A DNA stretch of 64,000 bases, from the NCBI GenBank assembly GCA_964408285.1, contig CAYOYV010000001.1:192001-256000 (forward strand). Reading direction: 5' to 3'. Shown here in pieces: positions 56,160 through 64,000 of this stretch. The position numbers were made by a program, and so were the translations under genes. Position 1 is the first letter of the stretch, and each line of letters begins with the position of its first letter. This DNA comes from an uncultured Nitrososphaerota archaeon (lineage in GTDB: Archaea > Thermoproteota > EX4484-205 > JAAOZO01). The notes below the pieces were generated by a model that was not told the origin of the DNA, searched no databases, and saw only the letters and a program-made list of their open reading frames with translations.

Positions 56160-56773
56160 TTTCGGCCTACCCTTCCTAGCATGAAGAGAAGGAGGAAATA
56201 CCCGATTAGCCTAAACGACGTCTCGACCACAAGAAGTTGGGGAGCGGCTGAGCTGAGGAGATTCGAGAGATGCGATGCCGTCAGGAACACGAATGATCCT
56301 GCAACCAGCAATTGGCTCGTTTCCCGGTCTTTCGAATAGCGGTATAGCACTATCAATATCATTGACAGCAGAATCAACACATTGAGGAGATTGAAGGACA
56401 GAGTGATGGCCGTGAAGAGCAATTGAGCTGTGATGTCAGAAGGCTCCTCGCCTTGGCCAAGAATCGTGGATGCTTGACGCCATAGGAGAAGAGAGTAAGC
56501 GAGAGCTGAAGCTGAAGCCAGCAAGGCGTCCCCAAGCAGGCTGTAAGGCCTGACCGGAATCACTTTGGCGGCTCCCAAGACTGAGGTCAGTATGAGCGAA
56601 TTTCTGGTGAGGCTGGACGCCCCCAGAATTGAAAATGAGAGTGAGAATGTCAACAGGGCCGGCTCGGTCGTGTGTTTGTAGGCCCTATAGGCTCGATATG
56701 CCACATAGAACGCAATAAATCCTGAGACTGTCTCAAGGATAACGTCAAAGAGTAGACTCTGAGAAGGTGTCAT
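56156..56773 (-). CDS. Six-TM membrane protein
   Basis: Six hydrophobic segments; stop overlaps the start of the wHTH gene. Confidence 0.78.
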   Translation of the reverse strand: MTPSQSLLFDVILETVSGFIAFYVAYRAYRAYKHTTEPALLTFSLSFSILGASSLTRNSLILTSVLGAAKVIPVRPYSLLGDALLASASALAYSLLLWRQASTILGQGEEPSDITAQLLFTAITLSFNLLNVLILLSMILIVLYRYSKDRETSQLLVAGSFVFLTASHLSNLLSSAAPQLLVVETSFRLIGYFLLLFMLGRVGRK

Positions 56774-56863
56774 CTAAGACAAGAGCCCACAGCATGAGAA
56801 GAAATATATTTCGCAGAACGTCATCTGACATTCAGTGAACACTGCAAATCAGAAGCGGGCAAG

Positions 56864-56873
56864 TTCATATATA
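56864..56873 (+). promoter_or_regulatory. TATA box for tRNA-Cys
   Basis: TTCATATATA about 23 nt upstream of the tRNA 5' end. Confidence 0.55.
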
Positions 56874-56895
56874 GGCTATGGCTTCAAGACAATGG

Positions 56896-56976
56896 GCCAG
56901 GGTGGCCGATTGGAAGGCGGCGGGCTGCAGCGAAGCGGCGACCCACTTCACGGGGGTTCGAATCCCTCCCCTGGCT
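56896..56976 (+). tRNA. tRNA-Cys(GCA) with 10-nt intron at 37/38 (56931-56940)
   Basis: Acceptor GCCAGGG/CCCTGGC, discriminator U73, T-arm GGGGG-TTCGAAT-CCCTC, anticodon GCA at 56927-56929; CCA not encoded. Confidence 0.9.
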
Positions 56977-56979
56977 TCA

Positions 56980-57005
56980 CCCTCAGATCTCTTTATCTCT
57001 GAGGG
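56980..57005 (+). terminator. Hairpin immediately downstream of tRNA-Cys
   Basis: CCCTCAGA/TCTGAGGG 8-bp inverted repeat with a pyrimidine-rich loop. Confidence 0.4.
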
Positions 57006-57054
57006 GTCTGGCACAAGACTTATTAGTAATCCGTTATACAACCCTCTTATAAAA

Positions 57055-57393
57055 ATGGTCATTAAGTGCGAGAAATTCGTGAAGGATGCCCTGCCCGCTA
57101 CAAGGTCAATGCTTGCGAGAAAGATGTTGTATGAGAAAGGAATGACTCAGATGCAAGTCGCAAGCGTGTTGGGCGTATCGCAGGCTTCCATAAGCCAGTA
57201 CCTGAGTGCAAAAAGGGGCAACGCATTCCTCAAGCAGCTATCATCTGATCCTCTGATAAAAGCATCGATCGAGGAATTATTGACCAACTTGCTTGATAGC
57301 AAGCGTTCGACAGACCAGAAACAGGAAGCGTTCTGCGAATTCTGTGAAGTAGTCAATAAGAGACTGCGGAAGGGCTCAAGAAAAAGGAGCTGA
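57055..57393 (+). CDS. HTH transcriptional regulator with Cys motif
   Basis: CE..LPATR, GMTQMQVASVLGVSQASISQYLSAKRG, CEFC. Confidence 0.85.
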   Translation: MVIKCEKFVKDALPATRSMLARKMLYEKGMTQMQVASVLGVSQASISQYLSAKRGNAFLKQLSSDPLIKASIEELLTNLLDSKRSTDQKQEAFCEFCEVVNKRLRKGSRKRS

Positions 57394-57475
57394 ATGGCAC
57401 AGCATTCGACTGGAATCGAAATCCAATCAAGAGATCGCGCAAGCCATTAAAACACTCGTGAAACGTATACGGTTC

Positions 57476-58900
57476 ATGGACAAGTTCCTGGTGATGGACG
57501 TTGGAACGACAACGATCAAGGTCGGCGTATTCTTGGAAGATTCAACTCTGCTTCGGCAAGTCAGCGACCAGAACACACCAATTTCGGGGAGTCCGGGAGA
57601 ATCGACAGTGGACTTCAACGAATCATGGTCTTCAGTCCTGAGACTCTGCAAGCTCGTACTGAGCGGATCTTCCCCTGATGAAATCAAAGCCGTCTCCTAC
57701 ACGGGAAACAGAGTTGCAGTCTCCTTTCTCGGGAGGAACGATCAGATACTCTGTCCGGCGATGACGTGGATGGACTCCCGGACATCGTCATCATTCGAAG
57801 AAAGGATTGAGGAGTTTGACAAAAGGATCTTACTCCAGAAGATACTGTGGCTCAGAGACAATAACAAGGATCTGTTCAATCAAACGAAGAAAGTGCTTAG
57901 CCTCGATGCCTTTCTAAGCAAGAGACTTACTGGAAGGGAATTGATCGGGACTCACACCGCAGTCTATGCACTGTACGATTGGCGAAGGCGGATTTGGGAC
58001 AAGAGATTGGGTGAGCTCCAAGTTCCAGATTCCATCCTGCCCGAAGTCGCCGAGCCCGGTGAGACGATAGGTCCCATCTCAGCCGATGTGGCCTCGGAAC
58101 TGAACCTGCATGATCGCACTCCTGTTATAATGGGCGTAGGAGACAATCAGGCATCAACCTTGGCCGTTGGGGCTTTGGCCAGAGGAGATACCAAGATAGG
58201 GCTTAGCACTGGGGCGTATGTTGACGTAGTACTCGACGAGCTGCCGTATGATTTCTATAACAGGGGAACTAGGACCTTCTGCCACCCCTACTTCGATGGA
58301 AAGGTTCTGTTCGAGGGCGTAGTGCCAGGAACAGGGATGGCATATAGGTGGTTCGGTGAGAACTTCGTCCCGTCTTTCAATCAAGCCAGTGCAAAAGGCG
58401 AAGATCCGTTCATCGAGGCCGAGAGGATGGCCCGGAATTCACCTAGGGGGAGTGAAGGAGTCCTCATGATGCCATTGTTCATGTTCAAGAGAGGCATCTT
58501 CTGGGGTCTGTCCTACAGCAACAATCCCTCCCATTTCCTTAGGTCCATCATAGAGGGAACAGGATTCGGCTTGAAGATGTTCTTTGATATGGCACTTGCC
58601 CTTGGGGCAAATCCAGAATTAATCAGGATGGATGGAAGTGGGGCCAAATCAGATCTATGGAGGGAAGTGGTTTGCGACATATTGGAGAAGCCAGCGCTTG
58701 CCATGCGAAACCCGGATGCTTCAGCTCTGATCGGAACGGCGATGATGATGCGCAATTCCCTCGGACTGTCAACTGACCTGAAGAATGTTAGAAGAGATTG
58801 GCTTGCGCGTCATGAACCAAAAATGGATGGGTTCTATCATGAGCCATACGAACGCTTTCTATCGAGATTCCTCGCAGAGGTCGCAGAGTCGAATATATAG
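57476..58900 (+). CDS. FGGY family carbohydrate kinase
   Basis: DVGTTTIK, WMDSR, KILWL, GVGDNQA, RSIIEG. Confidence 0.9.
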   Translation: MDKFLVMDVGTTTIKVGVFLEDSTLLRQVSDQNTPISGSPGESTVDFNESWSSVLRLCKLVLSGSSPDEIKAVSYTGNRVAVSFLGRNDQILCPAMTWMDSRTSSSFEERIEEFDKRILLQKILWLRDNNKDLFNQTKKVLSLDAFLSKRLTGRELIGTHTAVYALYDWRRRIWDKRLGELQVPDSILPEVAEPGETIGPISADVASELNLHDRTPVIMGVGDNQASTLAVGALARGDTKIGLSTGAYVDVVLDELPYDFYNRGTRTFCHPYFDGKVLFEGVVPGTGMAYRWFGENFVPSFNQASAKGEDPFIEAERMARNSPRGSEGVLMMPLFMFKRGIFWGLSYSNNPSHFLRSIIEGTGFGLKMFFDMALALGANPELIRMDGSGAKSDLWREVVCDILEKPALAMRNPDASALIGTAMMMRNSLGLSTDLKNVRRDWLARHEPKMDGFYHEPYERFLSRFLAEVAESNI

Positions 58901-59033
58901 TTCATGTTGCTGAACCTCTCGCCGATCAGGTGTTCTTTAGATCTCTCCTGTGAGTGGGCAGTCAAGCCAATGCATTCTTTCACAGTCCGGAAATCCTTAA
59001 AGGGGCATCTTTCCTCGACTGACCCTGAGATCC

Positions 59034-59720
59034 TTGAAACGTGGCGTTGAGCTGTTCCTTGTGATAGGCCTGGCGGTAGTGTTCAGCCTCTTTATATATC
59101 TGCGCTTCGATGATTTCTCTAGGTTTTTTCTTGAGGAGGATCCAGCCTATAGGGGCCTGGCAATTTTCTTCCTATGCCTCATAAGTACTTCATCCGTAAT
59201 CTTCCCGATACCATATACTGCAGCCATCCTTAGCCTTTCCGCAAAAATCCCTGGGATAAATCTACTGGAGATAGCTCTCTGGGGAGGTCTGGGATCTGGA
59301 CTTGGCGAGGTCTCTGGCTGGTTGCTCGGTTCTTACTTCAGACGAAGGATACGGGATTCCAGGTATAGCGAAAGGCTGGTCGTCCTGTCCAAGATAGCCA
59401 ACAGCAGGAAGAGCAGATGGCTTGTACCATTTCTGGTTTTTGTTTTTGCTTTCACATTCCTTCCAGACGATGTCATCTTCATAATACTTGGGGCGGCGAA
59501 CTATGGGTTGCTTGGGGCCCTAATTCCCAGCATTCTAGGAAAGGTACTCATGTTATACACAGTGGCGTTCTTCGGGTCCACTATCGGGCAAGCGACCTCA
59601 GCACTGCCTGACTGGGCCTCTGTCGTAATCTCTGTTGCCTTGTTCGCCCTATTCCTCGCAATTCTTGAGCTCGTTGATTGGAATGCCTTGTTTGATCGCT
59701 ATGCTAAGACCCTAGAATGA
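59034..59720 (+). CDS. DedA/VTT family membrane protein
   Basis: IFPIPY, GSGLGEVSGWLLG, AFTFLPDD, LGK. Confidence 0.85.
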   Translation: MKRGVELFLVIGLAVVFSLFIYLRFDDFSRFFLEEDPAYRGLAIFFLCLISTSSVIFPIPYTAAILSLSAKIPGINLLEIALWGGLGSGLGEVSGWLLGSYFRRRIRDSRYSERLVVLSKIANSRKSRWLVPFLVFVFAFTFLPDDVIFIILGAANYGLLGALIPSILGKVLMLYTVAFFGSTIGQATSALPDWASVVISVALFALFLAILELVDWNALFDRYAKTLE

Positions 59721-59823
59721 GTACTGCAAGAGAGCAGAGCACGAGCGAGACATGTTGTGACTGGGACTCCCGAACTTCGCCGGAGTCAGATTTTTAACCC
59801 CTTGGCCAACGACTAGAAGGAGT

Positions 59824-60702
59824 TTGAAGTTCTGTATCTTGACCCATAGACCTTGGAGCCATTTCGTAGAGACCGTCCGCGCGTCAATCCAACATATGGG
59901 ACATACTGTAAAGACAATAAGCTTCATGGATTTGTGCATCAGCATAAATGGGGGGGTAGATATCCTCAGCGAAAAGGAGAAAATAGCCGGCAGATTCGAT
60001 GTATGTCTCGCAAGACCCTTCTTCAGACCAACTCTCATGAATTTCCTTTTTTCGATCGAAGTTCTGAGATCTCTTGAGGACAATGGCCTTCCTGTCGTCA
60101 ACAGCTCGTCGGCATTTCTCATAGGAGCGAACAAGTTGACTCAATACGCACTTCTTAGCTCAAGAGGATTGCCGGTTCCGGGAACAGTTAGTTCACTGAA
60201 TCCCCATGCTCTCTCCGCTTACCTCGAAACGGGGAACAAGGCCATCGCAAAGCGGATATGTGGCTCAAGAGGACAGGGAGTCATCCAAGTGGGAAACAGA
60301 AGGCAACTGATGAACCAAAAGAAGGCCGTAATGATGATTCAGGATTATGTCAGGGGTAGTAACTTCGATGTCAGAGGATTCTTCGTTGGCCATAGGTCCA
60401 TTTCTTGGATGAAAAGAGTCTCCAATGAGATAGTGACGAACATCAGCAGAGGCGGATCCGCAGAGGAATATTGTCCTGATGAAAAAGCAGTGAGCCTAGC
60501 ATCGGCAGCTACTAGGGCCACCCAAGCTGCGATCGCCGGCGTTGACATTGCGTTTGACCCAAATGGCGATCCCTTCATACTCGAAGTCAATAGTCAACCT
60601 GATTTCATTGGGCTGGAAAAGGTCTCAAGGAGCGACATCAGTTCTTCGATAGTGGATCTTATGGTGAGGATTGGATCGGGTGAGCTGGATTGGATAAGGT
60701 AG
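59824..60702 (+). CDS. RimK/CofF family ATP-grasp glutamate ligase
   Basis: NK, GSRGQGV, IQDYV, DVR, TNISRGG, AGVDI, LEVNSQP. Confidence 0.88.
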   Translation: MKFCILTHRPWSHFVETVRASIQHMGHTVKTISFMDLCISINGGVDILSEKEKIAGRFDVCLARPFFRPTLMNFLFSIEVLRSLEDNGLPVVNSSSAFLIGANKLTQYALLSSRGLPVPGTVSSLNPHALSAYLETGNKAIAKRICGSRGQGVIQVGNRRQLMNQKKAVMMIQDYVRGSNFDVRGFFVGHRSISWMKRVSNEIVTNISRGGSAEEYCPDEKAVSLASAATRATQAAIAGVDIAFDPNGDPFILEVNSQPDFIGLEKVSRSDISSSIVDLMVRIGSGELDWIR

Positions 60703-61325
60703 CAGTCGGCCTATTTGCCCATGAGGAGATCTCCCCAGATGGGCCCTTTATCGAAGAATTACCCCTATCCGGAAAGAAGTCCATGGCTTGGCTTCTGGAT
60801 AGAATAAGTGGGATAGCCGACTGCGTCATTGTCGTATCTCGATCTCATGGAAGACTTGAATCCATGGAAAGGATTATGGCAGACGATGGCAGGTTTGAGT
60901 ACAAGCTCTTGATTGAGGACTCGAAAGCCATTACCAGCATGTCAATTGCGGCACTGTCGGGTTTAGCAGACGAGGATTCAATGCTGGTAATGCCCACCTT
61001 CTCCCCCCTCATACCTGTCGATGTCCTAAGTCTAGTGGTGGAGTTGCTGGATGGCAGACATGCAGTCTTCGTCAGAGACAGAACGGGCGGTCTGTATAAG
61101 TATCTCTTCTCCGTTAGAGTCGAAGAGGGCAGGAATGCGTTTGGCCATCTGAGAGCAAAAGAGGAAGACCTGTATGAAATCCCTCAGCAACTTAGGAGGA
61201 CAATGACGATATCTTGGACCGCTCTTTCGACAATGGACCCTCTTCACCTGACCTTCTTCAGAATCCGTTCTAGGCTAGATCTGCCTCTCGGAGAAAAAAT
61301 GCTATCGAGGGTGGGAGGCAGTTGA
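60690..61325 (+). CDS. Divergent MobA/CofC-like nucleotidyltransferase fold protein
   Basis: LSGKKSMAWLL...VIVV, SPLI, DPLHLTFFRI (compare MobA DPxLxSFFNIN); lacks LAGG. Confidence 0.5.
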   Translation: MDKVAVGLFAHEEISPDGPFIEELPLSGKKSMAWLLDRISGIADCVIVVSRSHGRLESMERIMADDGRFEYKLLIEDSKAITSMSIAALSGLADEDSMLVMPTFSPLIPVDVLSLVVELLDGRHAVFVRDRTGGLYKYLFSVRVEEGRNAFGHLRAKEEDLYEIPQQLRRTMTISWTALSTMDPLHLTFFRIRSRLDLPLGEKMLSRVGGS

Positions 61326-62086
61326 AAACGAAGCAGGGATCGATAATAATACTGGGAGTGGGATATCCCAAGATGGTCGCAGAAGGGACGAACCTTCCAG
61401 ATCTGGTCCGTGATATAGCATCAAAGTCAGGATTTGGCCTGAAGAACGGTGACATTGTCATATTGAGCCACACGGCCGTAGCCAAGTCGTTGGGTCTGAA
61501 GACCAGATTGGCAAAGCTTAGACCCTCTGCGTTCGCGATGAGCCTAGCCGAAAGGACAGGTCAGGAGCCGGGATTGATCGAACTTGTCTTGAGGGAATCA
61601 AAGGAGTTGGTGAGGGTGGAAGACCACCACATAATATGCAGAAGCAAGGCAGGCATAATCTCGGCTCATGCTGGAATTGACGTTTCGAACGTCGATGGGG
61701 GCAGATCTGCTGTCTCCGTTCCGGAGGATCCTGACGAGGTAGCCCGAAGGTTCAGAGCTTGCTTCAAGAAGCTAGGACTCGACGTGGCTGTCATCATAAC
61801 CGACACGTTAGGGAGGCCATTTAGGATGGGAGAGGTCAACTTCGCGATAGGGTCCGCTGGCATTGCCCCGCTTCTAGATCTTAGAGGGAAAAAGGATTTG
61901 GTTGGAAGGACGCTCAGAGTGAAGAGGATAGCAATAGCGGACGAATTGGCAGCAGCTTCAGAGCTGGTCACAGGGAGTTCGAGCGAGGGTGTGGTAGGTG
62001 CGATAATCAGAGGCTATCACTTCAAGCATTCTAGGAAAGGTGCAAGATCACTGCAGAGGCCCCCCTCGCGGGATCTCTTTGCCTAG
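61322..62086 (+). CDS. cofE: Coenzyme F420-0:gamma-glutamyl ligase
   Basis: GDIVIL, ELVLRES, AGIDVSN, IITDTLGRPFRMG, AIADELAAA. Confidence 0.92.
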   Translation: MKTKQGSIIILGVGYPKMVAEGTNLPDLVRDIASKSGFGLKNGDIVILSHTAVAKSLGLKTRLAKLRPSAFAMSLAERTGQEPGLIELVLRESKELVRVEDHHIICRSKAGIISAHAGIDVSNVDGGRSAVSVPEDPDEVARRFRACFKKLGLDVAVIITDTLGRPFRMGEVNFAIGSAGIAPLLDLRGKKDLVGRTLRVKRIAIADELAAASELVTGSSSEGVVGAIIRGYHFKHSRKGARSLQRPPSRDLFA

Positions 62087-62173
62087 TTCCTCTGACTTAG
62101 GCGCGCCTTGGTTCGTCTCTTCATGACTCGGAGCAATCTGCATCTGGGTGACGATGCTCTTGGATTGCTTGTC

Positions 62174-62476
62174 CTATCCGTGAAAGGAATACCTGCTTGA
62201 AAGCATGTGCCTGAGATCTGGTCTCTTCTCGAAATACGATTCCACATAGGGGCATGCAGGATAGATCTTCAGACCTTTCTGCCTACAATATTCTATCAGT
62301 GCTTCGACCAGTCTTGCAGCTATTCCTTTTCCTCTGTGCGTGCTCGGCGTGTAAGTGTGTATTGCCTCGACTTCTCCATCTCTCTTTCTGAAGCTAAGCA
62401 CTGCCCTATCGCCGTCTAGCGTTATTGACAGAGTACTCTCTGCTTCAGATTCCTCCAGGGAAACCCGATACTCCAT
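62174..62476 (-). CDS. GNAT acetyltransferase (YjdJ-like, CPY motif)
   Basis: HTYTP..RGKGIA, IYPACPYV. Confidence 0.88.
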   Translation of the reverse strand: MEYRVSLEESEAESTLSITLDGDRAVLSFRKRDGEVEAIHTYTPSTHRGKGIAARLVEALIEYCRQKGLKIYPACPYVESYFEKRPDLRHMLSSRYSFHG

Positions 62477-62580
62477 GGATTCGACCCAATGTAGTGCTGC
62501 AATAAATGCCTTGCCATCCGGCGATCGACTTACCATGGCTGTCTTGACTATCCTGACACGGGAATGTCCAGTCGATGCGA

Positions 62581-63243
62581 TCATACGGCCGAATGCCAAG
62601 AATAGCCAATCTGATCGAATTCCCCCATCTCGATCTGATCCACGGCTCTTCCGAATTTGTCCATTCCAACAGCCAAGCAATCGTTGGAGACGAATTCGAC
62701 ATCGGGGATTAGCGTCACTACCAAAGGGAATCCGATCACATTCTCGCCTATGCCCCTGAAAGCCTTTTTCATGGCAGCTCGGCCAAAACGATTCACTTTC
62801 TCGGCATGAACCAAGCAAACGGACCGAAGAGCACCTTTTCTTCTCCATTTCTTGCATTCGGCAAATATTGCCCTATGGTACCGTATGCCGATGACATCGA
62901 ATTGAGCCCTGCCGAGATGAGTGGTCACCAGGACGCGTCTCTTCGCATCGAAGTCCCTGATCTGCAATACTGAACAGACGAAGTCCTCAAACTCGGCGGG
63001 CCTCAAGTGCTGAGTTGCCCTTGACGCAGAGGCGCCTAATCTGACAGCAAACTGGGAAAGCAAGGCCCTGGCTCCCCTTCTGAGTGTGAATCCCTTTTGA
63101 TGTCTCTGTGCAAGCCCATGGGAGGCGATCGTGGTCAAGACCGGTGTCAGGACTGAACCCTCAGCACTCTCAACAGAGAACCAATCCCTATTAGTTCTCA
63201 GAGCCTCGAGCAGGACCTCCAGAATCCTTGGATCACTATTCAT
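62581..63243 (-). CDS. Mrr-like PD-(D/E)xK restriction endonuclease-fold protein
   Basis: EFEDFV, QFDVIG, AECKKW; N-terminal winged-helix-like part. Confidence 0.78.
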   Translation of the reverse strand: MNSDPRILEVLLEALRTNRDWFSVESAEGSVLTPVLTTIASHGLAQRHQKGFTLRRGARALLSQFAVRLGASASRATQHLRPAEFEDFVCSVLQIRDFDAKRRVLVTTHLGRAQFDVIGIRYHRAIFAECKKWRRKGALRSVCLVHAEKVNRFGRAAMKKAFRGIGENVIGFPLVVTLIPDVEFVSNDCLAVGMDKFGRAVDQIEMGEFDQIGYSWHSAV

Positions 63244-63297
63244 TCAGAATAGAATATGACAATGCTTTAAAATGGTTGTCTGCCATGGCTAGGTGCC

Positions 63298-63816
63298 TTG
63301 GTACTCAGGCAAGGGGCAATGGGATGTCTCGTTCTCCTAGTCGTGCTTCTGGTGTGGTTGACGCCCACTGCTCTTGCGGAGGAGGAGGTCAAACTCACGA
63401 TAGTCGCTGAAGGCCTGCCACAAGACGTTAACGCGAAAGTATACATCAATCAGACCGCGATCCCTTTTCCCCTTAATGGCTCGTCTAGAGAGATGCCGAT
63501 TGTACTGAGTTTCAGGAAAGGGACGAGGGTTGAGATCGACACAGAGGATCGCGTTCAGGGGTCATGGGGCACCATCTACGTCAGGAAGGGAGTGTTCATC
63601 CAGGGAACATCCAATGCCGCAAATAAGATAACACTGGACTCGGATATCACAGTTGTAGGGAGATATGAATGGTCCCATTTCCTTCTGCAGCCAATGCTTT
63701 GGCCTTTCTACGCAATCACGATGGCGATAGTACTTCTTCTGCTGGTGAGAAGAAGGTATGGCGGACAAGGCAAGGCCACAGAGAACGAGTCCGAAACTCC
63801 TTCTGAACGCCAATAG
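63298..63816 (+). CDS. Secreted/membrane-anchored hypothetical protein
   Basis: Signal peptide (ALA-EEE), beta domain, C-terminal TM helix followed by RRR. Confidence 0.75.
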   Translation: MVLRQGAMGCLVLLVVLLVWLTPTALAEEEVKLTIVAEGLPQDVNAKVYINQTAIPFPLNGSSREMPIVLSFRKGTRVEIDTEDRVQGSWGTIYVRKGVFIQGTSNAANKITLDSDITVVGRYEWSHFLLQPMLWPFYAITMAIVLLLLVRRRYGGQGKATENESETPSERQ

Positions 63817-63903
63817 TGGGATTCGGTTCAAGTGCCTCCAGTGTCGACTTCACAGAGACGTTCCTCTTCAGACGGGGTCCGCTAATCAGTAGATGCGACA
63901 GAT

Positions 63904-63999
63904 TCAGCATGCACTCATAGATAGTTGAAACAATAAGGAGATCTGGGCCATCACGAGCTTCCATTCTTGATATAGCCTTGGGACAAAATCGTAAGTCTT
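63904..63999 (-). CDS. Possible C-terminus of a gene entering from the right edge
   Basis: Open minus frame KTYDFVPRLYQEWKLVMAQISLLFQLSMSAC, then stop. Confidence 0.3.
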   Translation of the reverse strand, partial: KTYDFVPRLYQEWKLVMAQISLLFQLSMSAC

Positions 64000-64000
64000 A

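Noticed and set aside
56878-57054. N-terminal extension of ORF 56878..57393
   Set aside because: It runs through tRNA-Cys; the HTH protein starts at ATG 57055.
62477-62857. N-terminal 126 aa of ORF 62174..62857
   Set aside because: It is a shadow frame of the endonuclease-fold gene; the GNAT begins at ATG 62476.
1-64000. CRISPR arrays, transposases, integrases, rRNA, and the many antisense ORFs in the track
   Set aside because: No regularly spaced repeats or mobile-element motifs were seen, including next to tRNA-Cys; the antisense ORFs shadow well-supported genes.

Overview
This is a gene-dense archaeal chromosomal window (~50% GC). eS8, eS25, SRP19, Gar1, TFB, TFE-beta, Rpo6, CdvA-like and arcadin-1-like genes point to a TACK/Thermoproteota-type archaeon. 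It is mostly housekeeping DNA, with no CRISPR array or recognisable mobile element. The standout is the CTP synthase gene pyrG (minus strand). It is split by a 23-nt intron (12628-12650) that folds into a canonical bulge-helix-bulge splicing motif. Cutting at the standard endonuclease positions restores the reading frame and the conserved GGVLSSVGKG motif, so this looks like a spliced mRNA intron in an essential metabolic gene. Other notable items: tRNA-Cys with a 10-nt bulge-helix-loop intron; two SMC systems (canonical Smc-ScpAB and a short Smc5/6- or ClsN-like ATPase with kleisin- and KITE-like partners); a reverse gyrase with a decayed helicase half; a thermosome paralog lacking both catalytic aspartates; and a structured ~130-nt RNA upstream of tatD. 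All product calls come from motif recognition by eye; no database searches were run.
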